Position numbers and translations under genes: made by a program. Source: Prorocentrum cordatum (Eukaryota). From it: a DNA stretch of 64,000 nt. Shown here piece after piece: positions 24,655-41,100 of the stretch; the stretch's first letter is position 1, and every line of letters starts with the position of its first letter. The stretch is taken from contig CAUYUJ010000001.1 of the NCBI GenBank assembly GCA_963575745.1, forward strand, positions 3,038,001 to 3,102,000, written 5' to 3'. The notes beneath the pieces were generated by a model. That model saw only the letters and a program-made list of their open reading frames with translations. It did not search any database and was not told where the DNA came from.

Positions 24655-25270
24655 GTGAGTGAATCGCGAGGAAGTCTCAACGGGAACCCCCTCCGTATGT
24701 GGCCCGCGGATCATGTTACTAATCCGAGCGGGTCATCCAATTTCTGTAAGCGTCGCCACTTTTGGGCTCTCGCGCTGCCAGAACGCCACTCCCAGGCCAC
24801 ATTTGTAAACGAATTGCGAGGAAGTCTCAACCGGGAACCCCCTCCCTATGGGGCCCGCGGATCATGCTACTAATCCGAGCGGGTCATCCAATTCTTGTAA
24901 ATGTCGTCACTTTTGGGCTTTCGCGCTGCCAGAACGCCATTCCCAGGCCACATTTGTGAGTGAATTGCGAGGAATTCTCAAGCGGGAGCCCCCTCCCTAT
25001 GGGGCCCGCGGATCATGTTACTAATCCGAGCGGGTCATCCAATTCCTGTAAATGTCGCCACTTTTGGGCTCTCGCGCTGCCACAACGCCATTCCCAGGCC
25101 ACATTTTGAATGCCCGGAGCCAACTGTAGGCCACTTCGTGTTCTTCGTGCTCCCAGGACACCATTCCCGGGCCACATGTTGAATGCCCGGAGCCAATTGT
25201 AGGCCACTTCGTGTTTTTCTTGTTCCCAGAGCACCACTCCCGGGCCACTTTCTGAATGTCCAGAGCCAAC
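24655..25270. repeat. Three ~151-bp units followed by 73-bp units
   Basis: GAAT(C/T)GCGAGGAA at 24661, 24811 and 24962. Each unit ends in TCCCAGGCCACATTT, shared with the 73-bp repeat. Confidence 0.9.
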
Positions 25271-25587
25271 ATAGGAGGGCGAGGTCGGGGACAATGTAGG
25301 GAGCGGGGGGAGGGCCCGCGCCAGGGCGAAAAGAAATATACGCAGAAGAGACAGCCAGGACGTTTCACCAACCACGAGGACGAGGGCTTTTTCCAGATTC
25401 GCCCAGAGGATTCTCATGTGGGGTCTTTCCGTCGGAGTAATTCCCAACCATCCTGTGGTGTTGGGTCCTCGTTTTGAAGAGACGGTGCCGCGCGTCTCTC
25501 CTTCCTTCCTTCATCCTCCCCCTCCTCCTTCCCCTCCTCCCTCCTCCCCCTCCTTGCTTCTGCTCTCGGCACACCTCTCACACGCTT

Positions 25588-27465
25588 CGTAGCCCCATAG
25601 GGAACTCCACCAAAGGCCCCAGTGGGGCGGTCCCCCCACTCAGGGCAGCGTTGCGTGGCCCCATAGGGAGCTCCGCCGAAGGCCCCACTGGGGGTGTTCG
25701 CATGCGGTTCCCCCACCCAGGGCAGCGTGTCGTGGCCCCGTACGGGGGCTCCACCGAAGGCCCCAGTTGGGGTGTTCGCATGTGGGTCCCCCGCCCAGGA
25801 CAGCGTTTCGTGGCCCCAAAAGGGAGCTCCACCGAGGGCCCCAGTGGGGGGTGTTCGCATGCGGGTCTCCCACCCAGGACTGTTTTTCGTGGCCCCATAG
25901 GGAGCTCCACCACCCAAGGCCCCAGTGGGGGTGTTCGCATGCGGGTCCCCCACCCAGGACAGCGTTTCGTGGCCCCATAGGGAGCTCCACCGAGGGCTCC
26001 AGTGGGGGTGTTCGCGAGCGGTTCCTTGAGTTATCCCACCCAGGGCAGCGTTTCGTGGCCCCATAAGGGGGCTCCACCGAAGGCCCCACAGGGGGTGTTC
26101 GTATGCGGGTCCCCCACCCAGGGCAGCGTTTCGTGGCCCCATAGGGAACTCTCCACCGAAGGCCCCAGCCGCTGCTCTCGCATGCGGGTCCCCCACCCAG
26201 GACAGCGTTTCGTGGCCCCATAGGGAGCTCCACCGAAGGCCCCACTGGGGGTGTTCGCATGCGGTTCCCACCCAGGACTGTTTTTCGTGGCCCCATAGGG
26301 AGCTCCACCGAAGGCCCCAGTGGGGGTGTTCGCATGCGGTTCCCCCACCCAGGGCAGCGCTTCGTGGCCCCAAGGGGAGCTCCACCGAAGGCCACAGTGG
26401 GGGTGTTCGCATGCGGCTTTCTTAGACTGGATAGCGTTTCGTGGCCCCATATGGAACTCCACCGAAGGCCCCAGTGGCTGCTCTCGCATGCGGTTCCACC
26501 ACCCAGGGCAGCGTTTCGTGGCCCCATAGGGAGCTCCACCGAGGGCCCCAGTGGCTGCTCTCGCATGCGGTTCCCCCACCCAGGGCAGCGTTTCGTGGCC
26601 CTATAGGGTGCTCCACCGAAGACCCCAGTGGCTGCTATGGCATGCGATTCCCCCACCCAGGGCAGCGTTTCGTGGCCCCATAGGGAACTCCACCGAAGGC
26701 CCCAGTGGCTGCTCTCGCATGCGGTTCCCACACCGAGGGCAGCGTTTCGTGGCCCCATAGGGATCTCCACCGAAGGCTCCAGTGGCTGCTCTCGCATGCG
26801 GTTCCCCCACCCAGGGCAGCGCTTCGTGGCCCCATAGGGAGCTCCACCGAAGGCCCCAGTGGCTGCTCTCGCATGCGGTTCCCGTACCCAGGGCAACGTT
26901 GCGTGGCCCCACAGGGAACTCCACCGAAAGCCCCAATGGCTGCTCTCGCATGCGGTTCCCCCACCCAGGGCAGCGTTTCGTGGCCCCATAGGGAGCTCCA
27001 CCGACGGCCCCAATGGCGCAGTTCGCATGCGGTTCCCGTACCCAGGGCAGCGTTCCGTGGCCCCGTGGGGAGTTCCACCGAAGGCCCCAATGGCGCAGTT
27101 CGCATGCGGTTCCCCTACCCAGGGCAGCGTTCCGTGGCCCCGTGGGGAAGTCCACCGAAGGCCCCAGTGGCGCAGTTCGCATGCGGTTCCCCCACCCACG
27201 GCAGAGTTTCGTGGCCCCATAAGGAGCTCTGCCGATGGCCCCAGTATGGGGGGGGGGTCGCATGCGATTCCTTCCTTCAGGGCAGCGCTTCGTGGCCCTA
27301 TAGAGAGCTCCACCGAAGGCCCCAGTGGGGGTGTTCGCATGCGGTTCCCCCGTTCAGGGCAACGTTTCGTGGCCCCATAGGGAGCTCCACCGAAGGCCCC
27401 AGTGGCGCAGTTCGCATGCGGTTCCCGTACCCAGGGCAGCGTTTCGTGGCCCCATAGGGAACCCC
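25588..27465. repeat. 77-bp satellite array 2, about 24 copies
   Basis: Same unit as array 1, with blocks of variant subtypes. Confidence 0.97.
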
Positions 27466-27631
27466 ATCGAAAACGGCACCCACAACGCGTTACGAACAAT
27501 TGCTTATGGTTGGGTTTTTTCGCCAGGATATTTTTTCCTGGCGTTCTGCTTCATTGTAGCTTCACAGCAAATCCCGTCCGTGAGCTTGGCTAGAACCGAA
27601 GTGCGCGCGAAACGCGCGCATGGTTCTAGTA

Positions 27632-27768
27632 CATGTTTATATATACACATATGTATGTATGTATGTATTATGTTTGTACGTATGTATGTATGTATACATG
27701 CATGTATGTATGTATGTATGCATGTATATGTATATGTATATGTACATGTATATGTATATGTATATGTG

Positions 27769-27800
<32 letters not shown>

Positions 27801-28075
27801 CGTATGTGTATATATGTATATATAGGTATATGTATGTGTATATGTTTATGTATATGTATATGTATGTGTATATGTATATGGATATGGATATGTATATGCA
27901 TATGTATATGTACATGTATATGTATTTGTATATGTATATGTATATGTAGATGTATATGTGTATATGTATATATGCACACATATATACATATGTATATATG
28001 TATGTTTGTGTATGTATGTATGTATATTTGTATATATATATATACATACATATATATATATACATACATATATAT
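27632..28075. repeat. (TATG)/(TATATG)/(TA) microsatellite
   Basis: Direct reading. Confidence 0.95.
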
Positions 28076-28600
28076 CCGAAGGCTTACGCCACATCCGCCG
28101 ACCCCTTGTTTTTACTACCCGGGCGGTTGGGAGCATTTGGGGCGCCACCTTCTACCTGATTTCAAGGCTTGCCTGGAGGCCGGTGTTGGAGGTCGGCCTG
28201 CTCAAGGAGGTGTAGGGGGAACAGGAGGGGCCTGGGGGAGGAGTGGGAGTGCGAGAGATGCGGCGAGGCCGCTCCTTGTCACGATATACTCAGAGGGCCT
28301 GGCCAGAGAGGCCCCCAGAGTCAGGAACGGCGCTCTCGCCCGAGACTTCCTCGCAATTCAATGAAGCTGCTGGGGCCCTATTGCAACCAGAAGGGCTCCC
28401 GCTTCATGCGTCCTCACGATTTATTGAGAGTCACCCTGGCCAGAGAGGCCACGGGCCAGGGCTGGTTCAAATTCTGTGGGTGCCAATGGCGATGCACGGT
28501 ATGCGGCGAGCCCGCTCCGTGGAGGCCTGTCGTTGCTCCGCCCGGTTGGGCGTTCCAAATCACGTTTTCGCGGTATACGCATAGTTTTGGTGGTGCCGTT

Positions 28601-31085
<2,485 letters not shown>

Positions 31086-31109
31086 TCTTCCCGTGGATCA
31101 CCAAACTCC

Positions 31110-31900
31110 CGTTGCCTGAGTTTTCTGCGTCCAGAACCTTCTGGCTGGCGAGCGTGGCTGTCTGACCCAGCCAGCGGGCCCGATGGGCACCCTATCTGGT
31201 GCGTGTGGTCTCGACAACCCTGGGGCCTCATTGGTCAGCGTGGCAGTCGCCACTGACCCAAGGAGGTGTCGGGAATCGTTCTGTCTCTGTCAATCAATCC
31301 GGTCTCGTTTCCGAGTTTTCTGTGTCCAGAATCTTCTGGCTGGCGAGCGTGGCGGTCGCCGCTGACCCAGCCAGAGGGCCCGATGGGCACCTATCTGACG
31401 CGTGTGGCCTCGACAACATCGGAGTCTCATTGGTGAGCGTGGCAGTCGCCACTGCCCACTGAGGTGTCGGGAATCGTGCTGTCTCTGTCTACAATCCAGT
31501 CTCGTTCCCCGAGCCGTCTGTGTCTGGAAATTTCTGGCTGGCGAGCGTGGCTGTCGTCGCTGACCCAGCCAGAGGTCCCGACGGGCGCCGTATCTGCTGC
31601 GTGTGATCTCGACAACTCTAGGGCCTCCTTGGTGAGCGTGGCGGTCGCCACTGACCCAGTGAGGTGTCGGGAATCGTTTTGTCTCTCCATTTGTCTCTTA
31701 CGATGAATCCAGAGTCGTTTCCCGAGCCTTCTGTGTCTGGAAATTTCTGGCTGGTGAGCGTGGCGGTCGCCGATGACCCAGACAGGGGGCCCGATGGGCA
31801 CCTATCTGATGCGCGTTGTCTGGACAACCCCAGGGCCTTCTTGGTGAGCGTGGCAGTCGCCGCTGACCCAATGAGGTGTCGGGGAATCGTTCTGTCTTTC
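31110..31900. repeat. ~200-bp tandem repeat, 4 copies
   Basis: CTGGCTGG(C/T)GAGCGTGGC...CCCGA(T/C)GGGC...GAGGTGTCGGG recurs near 31141, 31336, 31534 and 31747. Confidence 0.9.
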
Positions 31901-34653
31901 TGGAGGTGTGAAAAAAGAGATGGAGTGGGAAGAGGAGGAGGAAGGGGAGGAGGAGGAGGAGGAGGAGGAGGAGGAGGAGGAGGAGGAGGAGGAGGTAGGG
32001 AGTTGGACGATGGTTCGGTTTTGGATCCAGGGGAGGGACATGAGTCGTATATGCTAAACGCGTGTGTGTTTTGAAGGGAGTCGGGCGACGTTACGGTTTG
32101 GGGGCCAGGGGATAGACGTGAAAATAGAGGCGATGGATCGGGCGTCCTGGGGCGACGCCGCCGCTACGCCGTGCGTTGTCTAGCTGCGTTCGGCCCACCC
32201 CGCCACCGTGCTTGGGTTGTGGGTAAGAAGCGTATGGGATGTCCTCTGGGATATCGTCGGGGCCCTTTCTCGTGGGCTCCTTGGAGGCAGTTTGGAAGGC
32301 AGTTGAAGGCGTTTTGGGCTCTCAATTGATCCTCTTTGGGGCATCCTGGGGTTTTTGGGTGCCGGTTGGGGGCTTTTTGGGGTTAAGTTGGGGGCATCTT
32401 TGGGGTTCTTGGGTGCCTCTTCGGGCGGAACGTTGGAATTATGGGTTCGAGGTCCCCCTCATGGGCCCCCCCTTCAAACCGTTTTGGGGCACTCTTCTGC
32501 CGTCTTGGGGGCGTTGTGGGCCGTTTCGGGACCCTTTTGGGCTGTCTTGGCGGCCCCTTGGAGCCTCTTGAGCCGTCGTGGAGCGGTCTTGGGGGCCTCT
32601 TGGTCTGTCGTCAACGCCGCGAAGGCCGAAAAATCGCATATGTTAAAAATGCACGTTTGCCCAATAGAAATTGACGATCTGGGCGTCGTGGGGGCTTCTG
32701 AGAGGCCTCCTGGAGGCGTCCTGGGGTGTCTCGGGGGTGTCATTCGGAGACGCTGGTCTCTCTTGGACCGTCTTGGGGGTGTCCTGGGGGCCTCGACAGG
32801 GGCTGTCTTGGAGCAGATAACATGCGTTTGGGGCTGTTTCGGAACCATTTTGGGCTGTCTTGGAGGCTTCTTGCGAGCCTCTTGGGCCGACGTGGGACGG
32901 TCTTGGGGGCCTCTTTGGACTGCCGTCAACGCCGTGACGGCCGAAAAGTCGCATATGTTTAAATTGTACGTTTACCCAATGGAAATTGACGATTTGGGCG
33001 TCGTGGGGGGAAGTGATCTGCTCCTCCTTCCGCATGAAGACCTGGTCAGCTCCCCGCCAGGCGTTTTTCCGCAATCGGGGAAGCATGCGAGACCTTCTGA
33101 GAGTTATCGGTGAAACTCTCACCAGTTTTGAAGACCTGGTCAGTTCCCCGCCAGGCGTTTTTCCGCAATCGGGGAAGTATGCGAGACCTTTTGAGACTGG
33201 ACTGGACTGGAAATGCCGCGCTTAGACGGCGCATCGGCAAAATCTTCGGCAATCCAGAATATACATACATGTGGGGAAGCGTGCACGAACATGCAAACTA
33301 ACAGCTGCACAGTGCCTCGGTGAAATCTTGTGTCAGCGAAGTGCGAGGGAAACCTGCGCAGCATTCCGGGGGAGGGGCGGAGGGAGGGAAGGAGGGAGGG
33401 AGGGAGGGGAAGGAAATGGCACAGAAGGCAAACATATTCATAATGTCTGCGTGTACTGATCGACTGCTGCGTCCCACTGCGTGGGTTGCAACAAATCCTG
33501 TAAACGTTCCGAACCGTTCCCCGCTGCGCTCAGAGCCCGGGCGTGCATGTAAGTTGTCCATTGTAATTGTGGTCGTCCTCTTTTGCGAAGGATGTCTTTC
33601 CACTTCCAGGGGACAAGCTCAAGCGTGGGCCCCTGCTCAATTGACTCAAGCACCATTGTCTTTGGAAATGCCGTCGAAGGAGACCTCGCCACTTTACCGT
33701 AGTACTTCAATTGCCGCTGCAATAAAACAAATTATAGTTTTTGTGCTTGTGCTGTCGCTCGCACCTGACCATGACTGACGAGAGAGACAAACGCTGGCGG
33801 GATGTTGTAGATTCTCCGGAGACACTTCGCCTGGAAACCGTCGAGTCGATCCAGATCACGTGATAGTAAGAGACATGATTCATTTCTCCGGTGGAAGCGC
33901 TTCATTAAAAGACGGGCGCCCTATGGTCTTGCTCTTCGGTCGAGAACCCCGTTTCGAACGTAAATTGCCACTGCCCCCCCAGAAAAATCCCAAACCCATG
34001 GCTTCCTGACGCGTGTCGGAACCTTGGGGGCGCACTTGCGGCCATCTTGGAGTACATCGATCAAACAAGCGGGTTCCCTAATTACGGCCCCCCTTCGGGA
34101 TGCCCAGGGATCACATCTCGGACCCCTGTGGGGGCGCTGTTGGAGCGCTCTTGGGCGCTATTAGGGTCGTTTTGGGAGCCATCTCGGGTCTCTATTGGGG
34201 ACTTTTTCAGGTCTTCTTGGAGCCATCTTGAGGCCTCGGAAAGCCATCGGAAGCGAAAAGACGAGAAGGCAACACAAACATTGATTTCTCATTAGTACTA
34301 GAAGGATATTGGACTCTTGGAGGGTCTCCTTGAGAGGCTCCGTGGCTACTTGGAGCTGTCTTGGGGCGGTCTTCGGGCCTGTTGGAACATTTTGAGAACC
34401 ATCTTGAGGCATCTTGGGCTATCTTGAGCCATCTTGGAGGTCACTTTGGGCTCTCCGAGGCCCTGTTGGCGCCATTTTGGGCCATCTTGGACGCTCTCAC
34501 CGCTCGCGCCCCCCCCTATCCCCCGCCCAGGTCCAGGGGAGAGGGGGAGGGGGTGGGGGTGGGGTAACCCTCCCCGAAGGGGAAGACGGGGAAAGATGGA
34601 AAATGAAATTCGCCAGACCACCTACGCCCTGGAGGGGTGGTGGGGGTGAATCA

Positions 34654-34698
34654 TCCGTAGGTATAGTTTGCTCAAGTTGCGACCATCCTTGGCCCGAG
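34654..34698 (+). promoter_or_regulatory. Two tandem degenerate DinoSL relics
   Basis: TCCGTAGGTATAGTTTGCTCAAG, then CCATCCTTGGCCCGAG. Confidence 0.6.
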
Positions 34699-35161
34699 AA
34701 CTGCCCATCAGCCGAGGCGAGCCGGCGGCCAGGATTCCCTGAGTGGCATTTCAGGAAATTCTGAGAAACGGCCCCCATAATATATACTCCGCAGCGTTGC
34801 GAAAAAAAACAGTTGGTGCTTTGCTGCCCACGGTTGTCGAGGGCCAAGAAAACAAGGACTTCGCAACACCAAGGATCGAGGGATACAAAGCAACATAAGA
34901 CATACATTGACGGAGGTCCGTTCGGATTTTTCGAACCGGCCCTGGGTCAACCACTCTGGCGCGCGAGGCGCGCCAAGGGTGGCAACGGAAGCGCCGCCAG
35001 CAAAGTCCCAAACCGATTTCAGATATCCGCGCGGACCTCCGAAAGTGTTTGTTTATGTTTGTATTCATCTTCTCAAGGTTCTGTGTAACGGGCAGTGCGA
35101 TGCAGGAGCGGCTGAAACGGTTGCAGCCGCGGCCTCGGATGGACCCTGAGATTGTATCTCC

Positions 35162-38100
35162 ATGGAGTGCGATATCAAGAATGGTTCTCAGCACCGAGCC
35201 AGACGGGAGTGCGAGCTGGAGCGACAGGCGTTCGTGGAATGTTGCGAGGTCGACGAAGGGAGGTTGCCCGGCGGCGCATGCGGCGCACCGATATCGCGGT
35301 GGTGCATCTACCCGGGGTGCCCGTACGAAGGGTGCGACGTTGAAGAGTTGGCCATTTTCGTTCGGGGGGTTCGGGATTCACACAGCCCGATTCTTCGCGT
35401 GCGTGATCCTTCTGTCCAAAGCGATTTCGCAGCTTTGTTCAATCGGTTGTTCGGTTCTGCGGACTGCGCTGCCGATGACATCGTCCGCTTGGCTTGCGTG
35501 GCTGCGCTCGCTGGTAAGATCGACGCTGTTCAAGAGATGGGGCCGAAGACTGTCGGGAATTCTTGGCGCTACGCGTGCCCCGACCGTTGCAGCGCCTGTA
35601 CAGCCTTTGGTTTTCCCTCTGTCGCGCGCTGTTTCTGGCTTCGGCGTCGCAGCCGTTCGGCTTGCGTAGGTCGGCCACGGAGTCTGGCGCCGCCCTGGCG
35701 ACTCACTTCGTTGCGTCCGCACTTTCAACGCGGTGGCCTGCGCATTGTGGTTCGGGCTGCGGCGCCTAAGTGCGTTCGCCCTAAGAATTTAGTTAATTTT
35801 GTTATGTGCGCGTGCAACTGCGAGCCTGTCTTGCAGGTGCGAGCTTTGTCCGCCGACTCTGGCTGGCGGCGAATTGTCTTGCAAATTCGCCCCGTGCCGT
35901 GTCCCAGGCGCCGCTGCCGCCCCCTGTCCGTTTCCTCGGAGCCTCTGACAAAAAAAGTACCCCGACCGCCCCGTCCTGAAACGACGCCCGGGCGAACGGA
36001 AGCGATCGGGGAAGTGAGGGATCATGCGGAGTATCCAAAGGCTGGAGAAGCCGCGTCACCCCAAGAGGGCGGGTGGGTGCGGGGGGAATTGGGGGGGGGA
36101 GGAGGGGGGGATGAAAAGGGAGGAGGGGGGGGGGAGGGGGGGGAAGGGGGGGGGGGGAGGGGGCGGAAGAGCAGGGGTGGGGGGGGGGCGGTATCGGGAA
36201 GATGCAACGATGGGGTTGCGTGCGCTGGCGAATGCGCAGGGGGCGCGATAGGAGCGGCAGTCGGTGGCGATGGAGGAGCGGAGCAGAAGCAAGGGGCCGG
36301 GGATTTGCATGTGCGGAGCGTAGGATACGAGACAGACCAGCGAAGGCAAGGAGCGGCGTTTGGCGGGCCGACAGAACCAGGTGCCGTTTCGGGTTCCATG
36401 GGCGTGGGCGGAGCGCCGCGTTGGGGGCGAGCCCGCGCTGGAGATGCGGAGGGGGTCGATGTCGGTGCCCCTGCGGCGGACGCGATTCAGGAGGCTTTCT
36501 ATTATGGTCGAGTCGACGCGTCGTCGAAAGATCCCCGTCGGGCCCCTGAATTCCTCGTGGCAGCTGCCGCGGCGAATGCGCGGCGTCGCCCGACCGCGCC
36601 TGCGGGCCCGGGAGATCCCGCGCAGCCGTGGCCGCGAGCACTGGCCGAGGACATGGCCGTGGAATTGCCAGCTGTGCACTGTGCGTTCGTGGGGTGTGTC
36701 TGGCAGTCGGAGGGCGTGGCAGAGTTGTGCGGGCGCGTTCGCGAGGTTCACGGTGACGTTGTGCTGCCCATCGCCAAATTGATTTTTCCGGAAGACGAGG
36801 GGGGGGATCTCCGTGTCGAGGCAGCGTGCCGTGCGATCGTTGCACATGCTGTTCGGGGTGGTGCTCCGCTGCCGGTTTATTCCTTGCACAGGCGGTGTTT
36901 GGCCGTGTGCGCGAAAGCAACCCAGCGCAGGAGCATGGCGTCACCGATTTGCTTTTTGTGCGCGATTGGCTCGCGGCATTGCCGACGTCCCGCGGTGAAG
37001 TGCAGATGTTGCGTTGCCCCGAAGATCAGCGATGCCGCAGGGGGTGCCAGGGGTCGGCTTGTCCAGAAAGCGCGGTCTGTGCGCGGAGTGCAACCGTATC
37101 GGTGGCGAACCGCTGCGACCCCGGCAGTCCCGCGCCGCAGTTCTGCGAATGATTCGATGGCGTTCTATGCGCCAGATCGGATGTGCACAGAAGGCATGAC
37201 AGTGATGGAGATGATCTGCTGCAGCCCGTGCATTACGTCGATGATTTGCTTTTCGTTGGAGGTGAAGTTTCAGGGCGACCTTGTAAGGGGCAAGGGCAGG
37301 GGGGATCTGTTTGACAGCGCAGCAGGGTTCCAGAGCGGGCGCGTGGCAGCGCGAGGGGGCGCCGCGGGCTTCGTGTTGCGGTGGCAGGGGATATCGCGAC
37401 GCCATTGCTAAGCACAACTTGCCGCGTTTCGCGCGTCGAGCGAACGTGCGGCGCGAAGTTGTGGAGCGCCGCGTCAAAGTGATGAAGCAGCGCGGGCGCC
37501 GGGCCTACGCGAACGTCAACGTGGAGGCGACGGAGAGAAAGGCCGAGCAGCTGCCGGTGGGCGGCGTGCCGCCAGAGATTGTCTGGCCGCTGCCGCGCGA
37601 CGCGAGTTGGACGAGCTCATGGTGCAGAAGAATGCGACGCCTTATGATGGGGCGCGAAATTATGTGGGGGCGGCTGCGCGCGACATGGACTTGCGCGCGC
37701 CGAAGGCCGCCATGATGGAGAAGTCGTCTGTGGACGAAGTGGGCGCGAACAAGTTGAGGCAGGGTGCGTTTGAGCACGTGTCCGGCAGGTCGCCTGCAGA
37801 GCGCGAGGTTCCAGGTCCAGGCGCGATGGCGGTCGTCCAGGCAGGTGCAATGGCAATGGAAGCCAGGAGCTTCGCTCTGCGTCTGGCAAGTACATGGGCG
37901 GGTAGGTGCGACAGGCCGGAGTGCCCGCGCGGTGGAGATAGAGACGGGCGCGCCCTTGCGAGGGCGAGCAGAATGGGGGAGAAGGCGGGCAATGCTGAAC
38001 TGAAGATACTGCGGTTCCGGCTTTGGGAGACGCTGGAAACGGGCGCGCCCCGCATTCGGTGCGTTGTGTATCCAGGGCGCGCGATGATGAATCAGTTTGT

Positions 38101-41100
38101 TCCGTGGTTTTTCGGTGTGGCACTTCCGTTCTGTTTCAAGTGTGGGGCGGAGGTGCCAGACGTGCCTGAGTGGCGGGAAAAAGCGCGGCATCGATGTGGG
38201 CCAGCGGCGCCCCGCGTGCAATTGGCACTGTGGGCGCGCGTCACGGCGCGTCGGGTGGAGTCTCAGTTCTGGCGTGAGTGGCGATTTGGTTTTACAGTGT
38301 CGTCGGTCTTGTTTCAAAGTTCCGTGAATATGGCCCGGTCCGTTCGCTTGGCGGATTATAGAGAAGACGGAGCGACGGAATGCCAGTGCCCGCAAGGTGA
38401 GCTCGAGAAGGCAGCCGTCAGCATCGTAGATGCTTTGTATGGTACGCACAAGGATCCGTCAACTGGGAAGTCCACGAACGTGCGCGGAGATTTCTCGAAA
38501 CTGAAGTATGTGCAGTCGCTCGACCCGATAGCGAAGCGATTGGCTGCGGGGGCCAGCGCGGTCGCTCGCAAGATTGAAGGGGCGAACGAGGTGCGGGCGC
38601 TCATGAGGTGCGACGCCCATGCTGCTCGAATCGCTCATGGGGTGCCGTTATTTTTCACCATGTCCCCAGACGCGGTCGCGAAGGAAGAGCCCAGTGAATC
38701 GTCGTGCGGCGCGGGCGCTCCACGGCCCCACGCGTGGTGGGTTGTGGGGCCGTCGCTGGCGCGCGTGGAAGGAATATCTGGAGATGCCGTAACGAAGGAT
38801 GGGCGCGAGCAGGCGGGCGAGGGCGGATCGGGCCCATAAGGGGCAGAGGGTGGTGACGACGTGGACATGGCAGTGCCTCTGGCGATGTTGGCAGCTGCCG
38901 TTCCCGCGTCGGACGAGAGGCGGGCAGTGCTAGCTCGGGACATGCTGGCGGGCGTTGATGGGTTTCGGGTCATCGCGGGCTTTGTTTTTGAATGCATTTT
39001 GGGCATGCGGTATTGTCCGGAGTGCGCAGATTGCGAGTGTGCGGACTTGCTTGGCAGCAACGCTGCGTCGGCGGGCGGGCGTTTGGGTCGCGTGGGCGGG
39101 GTGTGCGGCAGCATTGAAGCTCAGAAGTCGGCAGGGGGTTTGCGCTTGCACGTGCAAGTCTTCGTGCAATGTTTGCGCCGGCGCACCCCGTTGCGCGAAC
39201 TGATGCAGTTGCCGCCAGACGTGCTGAAGGGGCTGGTGCAGAAGTAGAAGAGGTACAAGAGAAACGCGAGTTGTCAGGAGTACGCTGACGTAGAAGGATG
39301 GAGGGGGAGGAAAACGGAGGTGGAAAAGCGTGGCCCACGTGCTGCGAGACGACGGATCTGGTCGCAGCGCCGGATTACTTACGCAGCGGCTGCGCGAATG
39401 GGCGGGGGGAGACGGTAGGGGGCGGTAGGAAATCAACGAACGAGATTGGCAAATGCGCGCCCGATCTTGGGGGATAGAAAATGGGAAGAGGGTGAGTGAG
39501 GAAGGGCGAACGCGGCTGCGATGATACCTGGGCGTCTGCGTGCAAAAGGGGCAGGAGTTTCGACAGAGCCACGTGCACCAGTGGAGTAAGTGTTTGCAGC
39601 GCGTGGCACCGTTGGCTCATTGTCAGAGGAAAGACGACATGACGCAGTGCAGAAGCTTTTTCCCGTGCGCGACGTGGTTAATAGATCTCGCAGTGGTCTC
39701 GCGCCGCGGTTTGTTGAAAGCGCGTGACATGCCGCGAGCAGGGGGGGGGGGCGTGACAGGGTGCTTGCACGGCCAATGAACGAAGAGAACTTGAACGGCA
39801 CGCTGCCAGCGTTGCTAAGCGGCGCGGTAGGGTTGAATTTGAAGAGAGATTTGCAGATCCCGTACAGGTTCCCGGTGATCGAGGCAACGCGCGATAGTTG
39901 CGTGTGCGAAGAGATGTGCTGGGAGACGGATCGGCCCATAGACGTGGTTCTGGCAGCGCAGCGAGCGCAGAATGCAGCGGCGGGGTATGCGGCGGACTAT
40001 CAGTGCAAGCGGTGCGCCCCGTCGTTCAACGAGGCGAGGGAGATCAAAAGGGGCCGCCGCGCGCTGGCGGAGCAGACGAAGGACAGGACCGCGGCGTACC
40101 GGGCGAACCGGCACATGAAGAGGTTTCTCAGTGACATGTACGGGAGAGGCGTGGTGCGGTCAGCGCAGGAAAGTGCGAATCTGCGAGCGTGCCGCGACCC
40201 GAGAGACGTGGCCGGGGCCGAGAGTACCGAGACTGTGGAGACAGCAATGATCCCAGGAGCAGAGGCCGTCCGCATGGCGGGGCGGCTCTGTGCTGATGGG
40301 GGCGGTGTGGCCGTGGCAGCGTCTGGGATTTTGGAAGCGGACAAACGAGAAGGGTCGAAGAAGGTTCGAATTGTGTCCAAGAGTCCGGTGTACTTGTATG
40401 GCATGCGCCCGGTGGGCGCTCCTGGTGAGCCCGACTTGGCACAGTCATCTTTGTATGAGTTCTTGCGTTACTGGCGCATGGAGTTTGCGGCATTTCCCCG
40501 CGGCGGAGCAGACATTGCGGCTGCGGCCAGCAATGACTACTAGGCGGAGTTGACGCTGTCTGGGATTCGGAAGGTCCGCGAGGCAGACCAGGGGAGACCG
40601 GGCGCTGACGAAGGGGGGGCCGGGCGGGGGCCAAGTTGAAAGCCGGCGTGGATTATGTGATCAAAGAAGGAGGGGGGAGTGATTCGTGGGTTCAGTTTCC
40701 GGATGTGCCAGAGATGGGCGCTCTGAGACACGCGTGGGTGCTGGTGCGGAACGAGCGCCCGAGGAACTTCAATTTTCATGGAGCGCCGCGGCCGAAGCTC
40801 GGGGCGGGGGGCGAGGCTAGGAATGGACTCTTGTTGATGGTATATTTTCGGGCGTTCGCATTTCGTGACGATGTCGACTGTGGAGTGCCGCGCCTGCGGG
40901 ATTTCCGCGGATCGCAGGGGTCGTGGGTGGAGGCGTCATTGGAGTGGTTAAAGAAAGGCATGCCATGTGAAGAAACGAGCTTTGCGTGCAGAACTGCATG
41001 GGCGTTGTGGACTTGCGGCCAGGCACGGAGGAAGATCTCGTGAAGCACGAGGGCGAGCTGTGCAGCGATGGAGAGCTGGATCCGAGACTTGTCGATGCGG

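Noticed and set aside
22283..27465. 77-bp arrays as CRISPR or as repeat-protein genes
   Set aside because: There are no unique spacers and no cas genes. ORFs are open in most frames simply because the unit lacks stops.
28100..28600. Possible coding fragment (…WRCTVCGEP)
   Set aside because: Short, interrupted and without a recognisable family.
33611..33778. SL-like GCTCAAG/TTGACTCAAG followed by a short ORF
   Set aside because: The match is too short and the ORF only ~36 aa.
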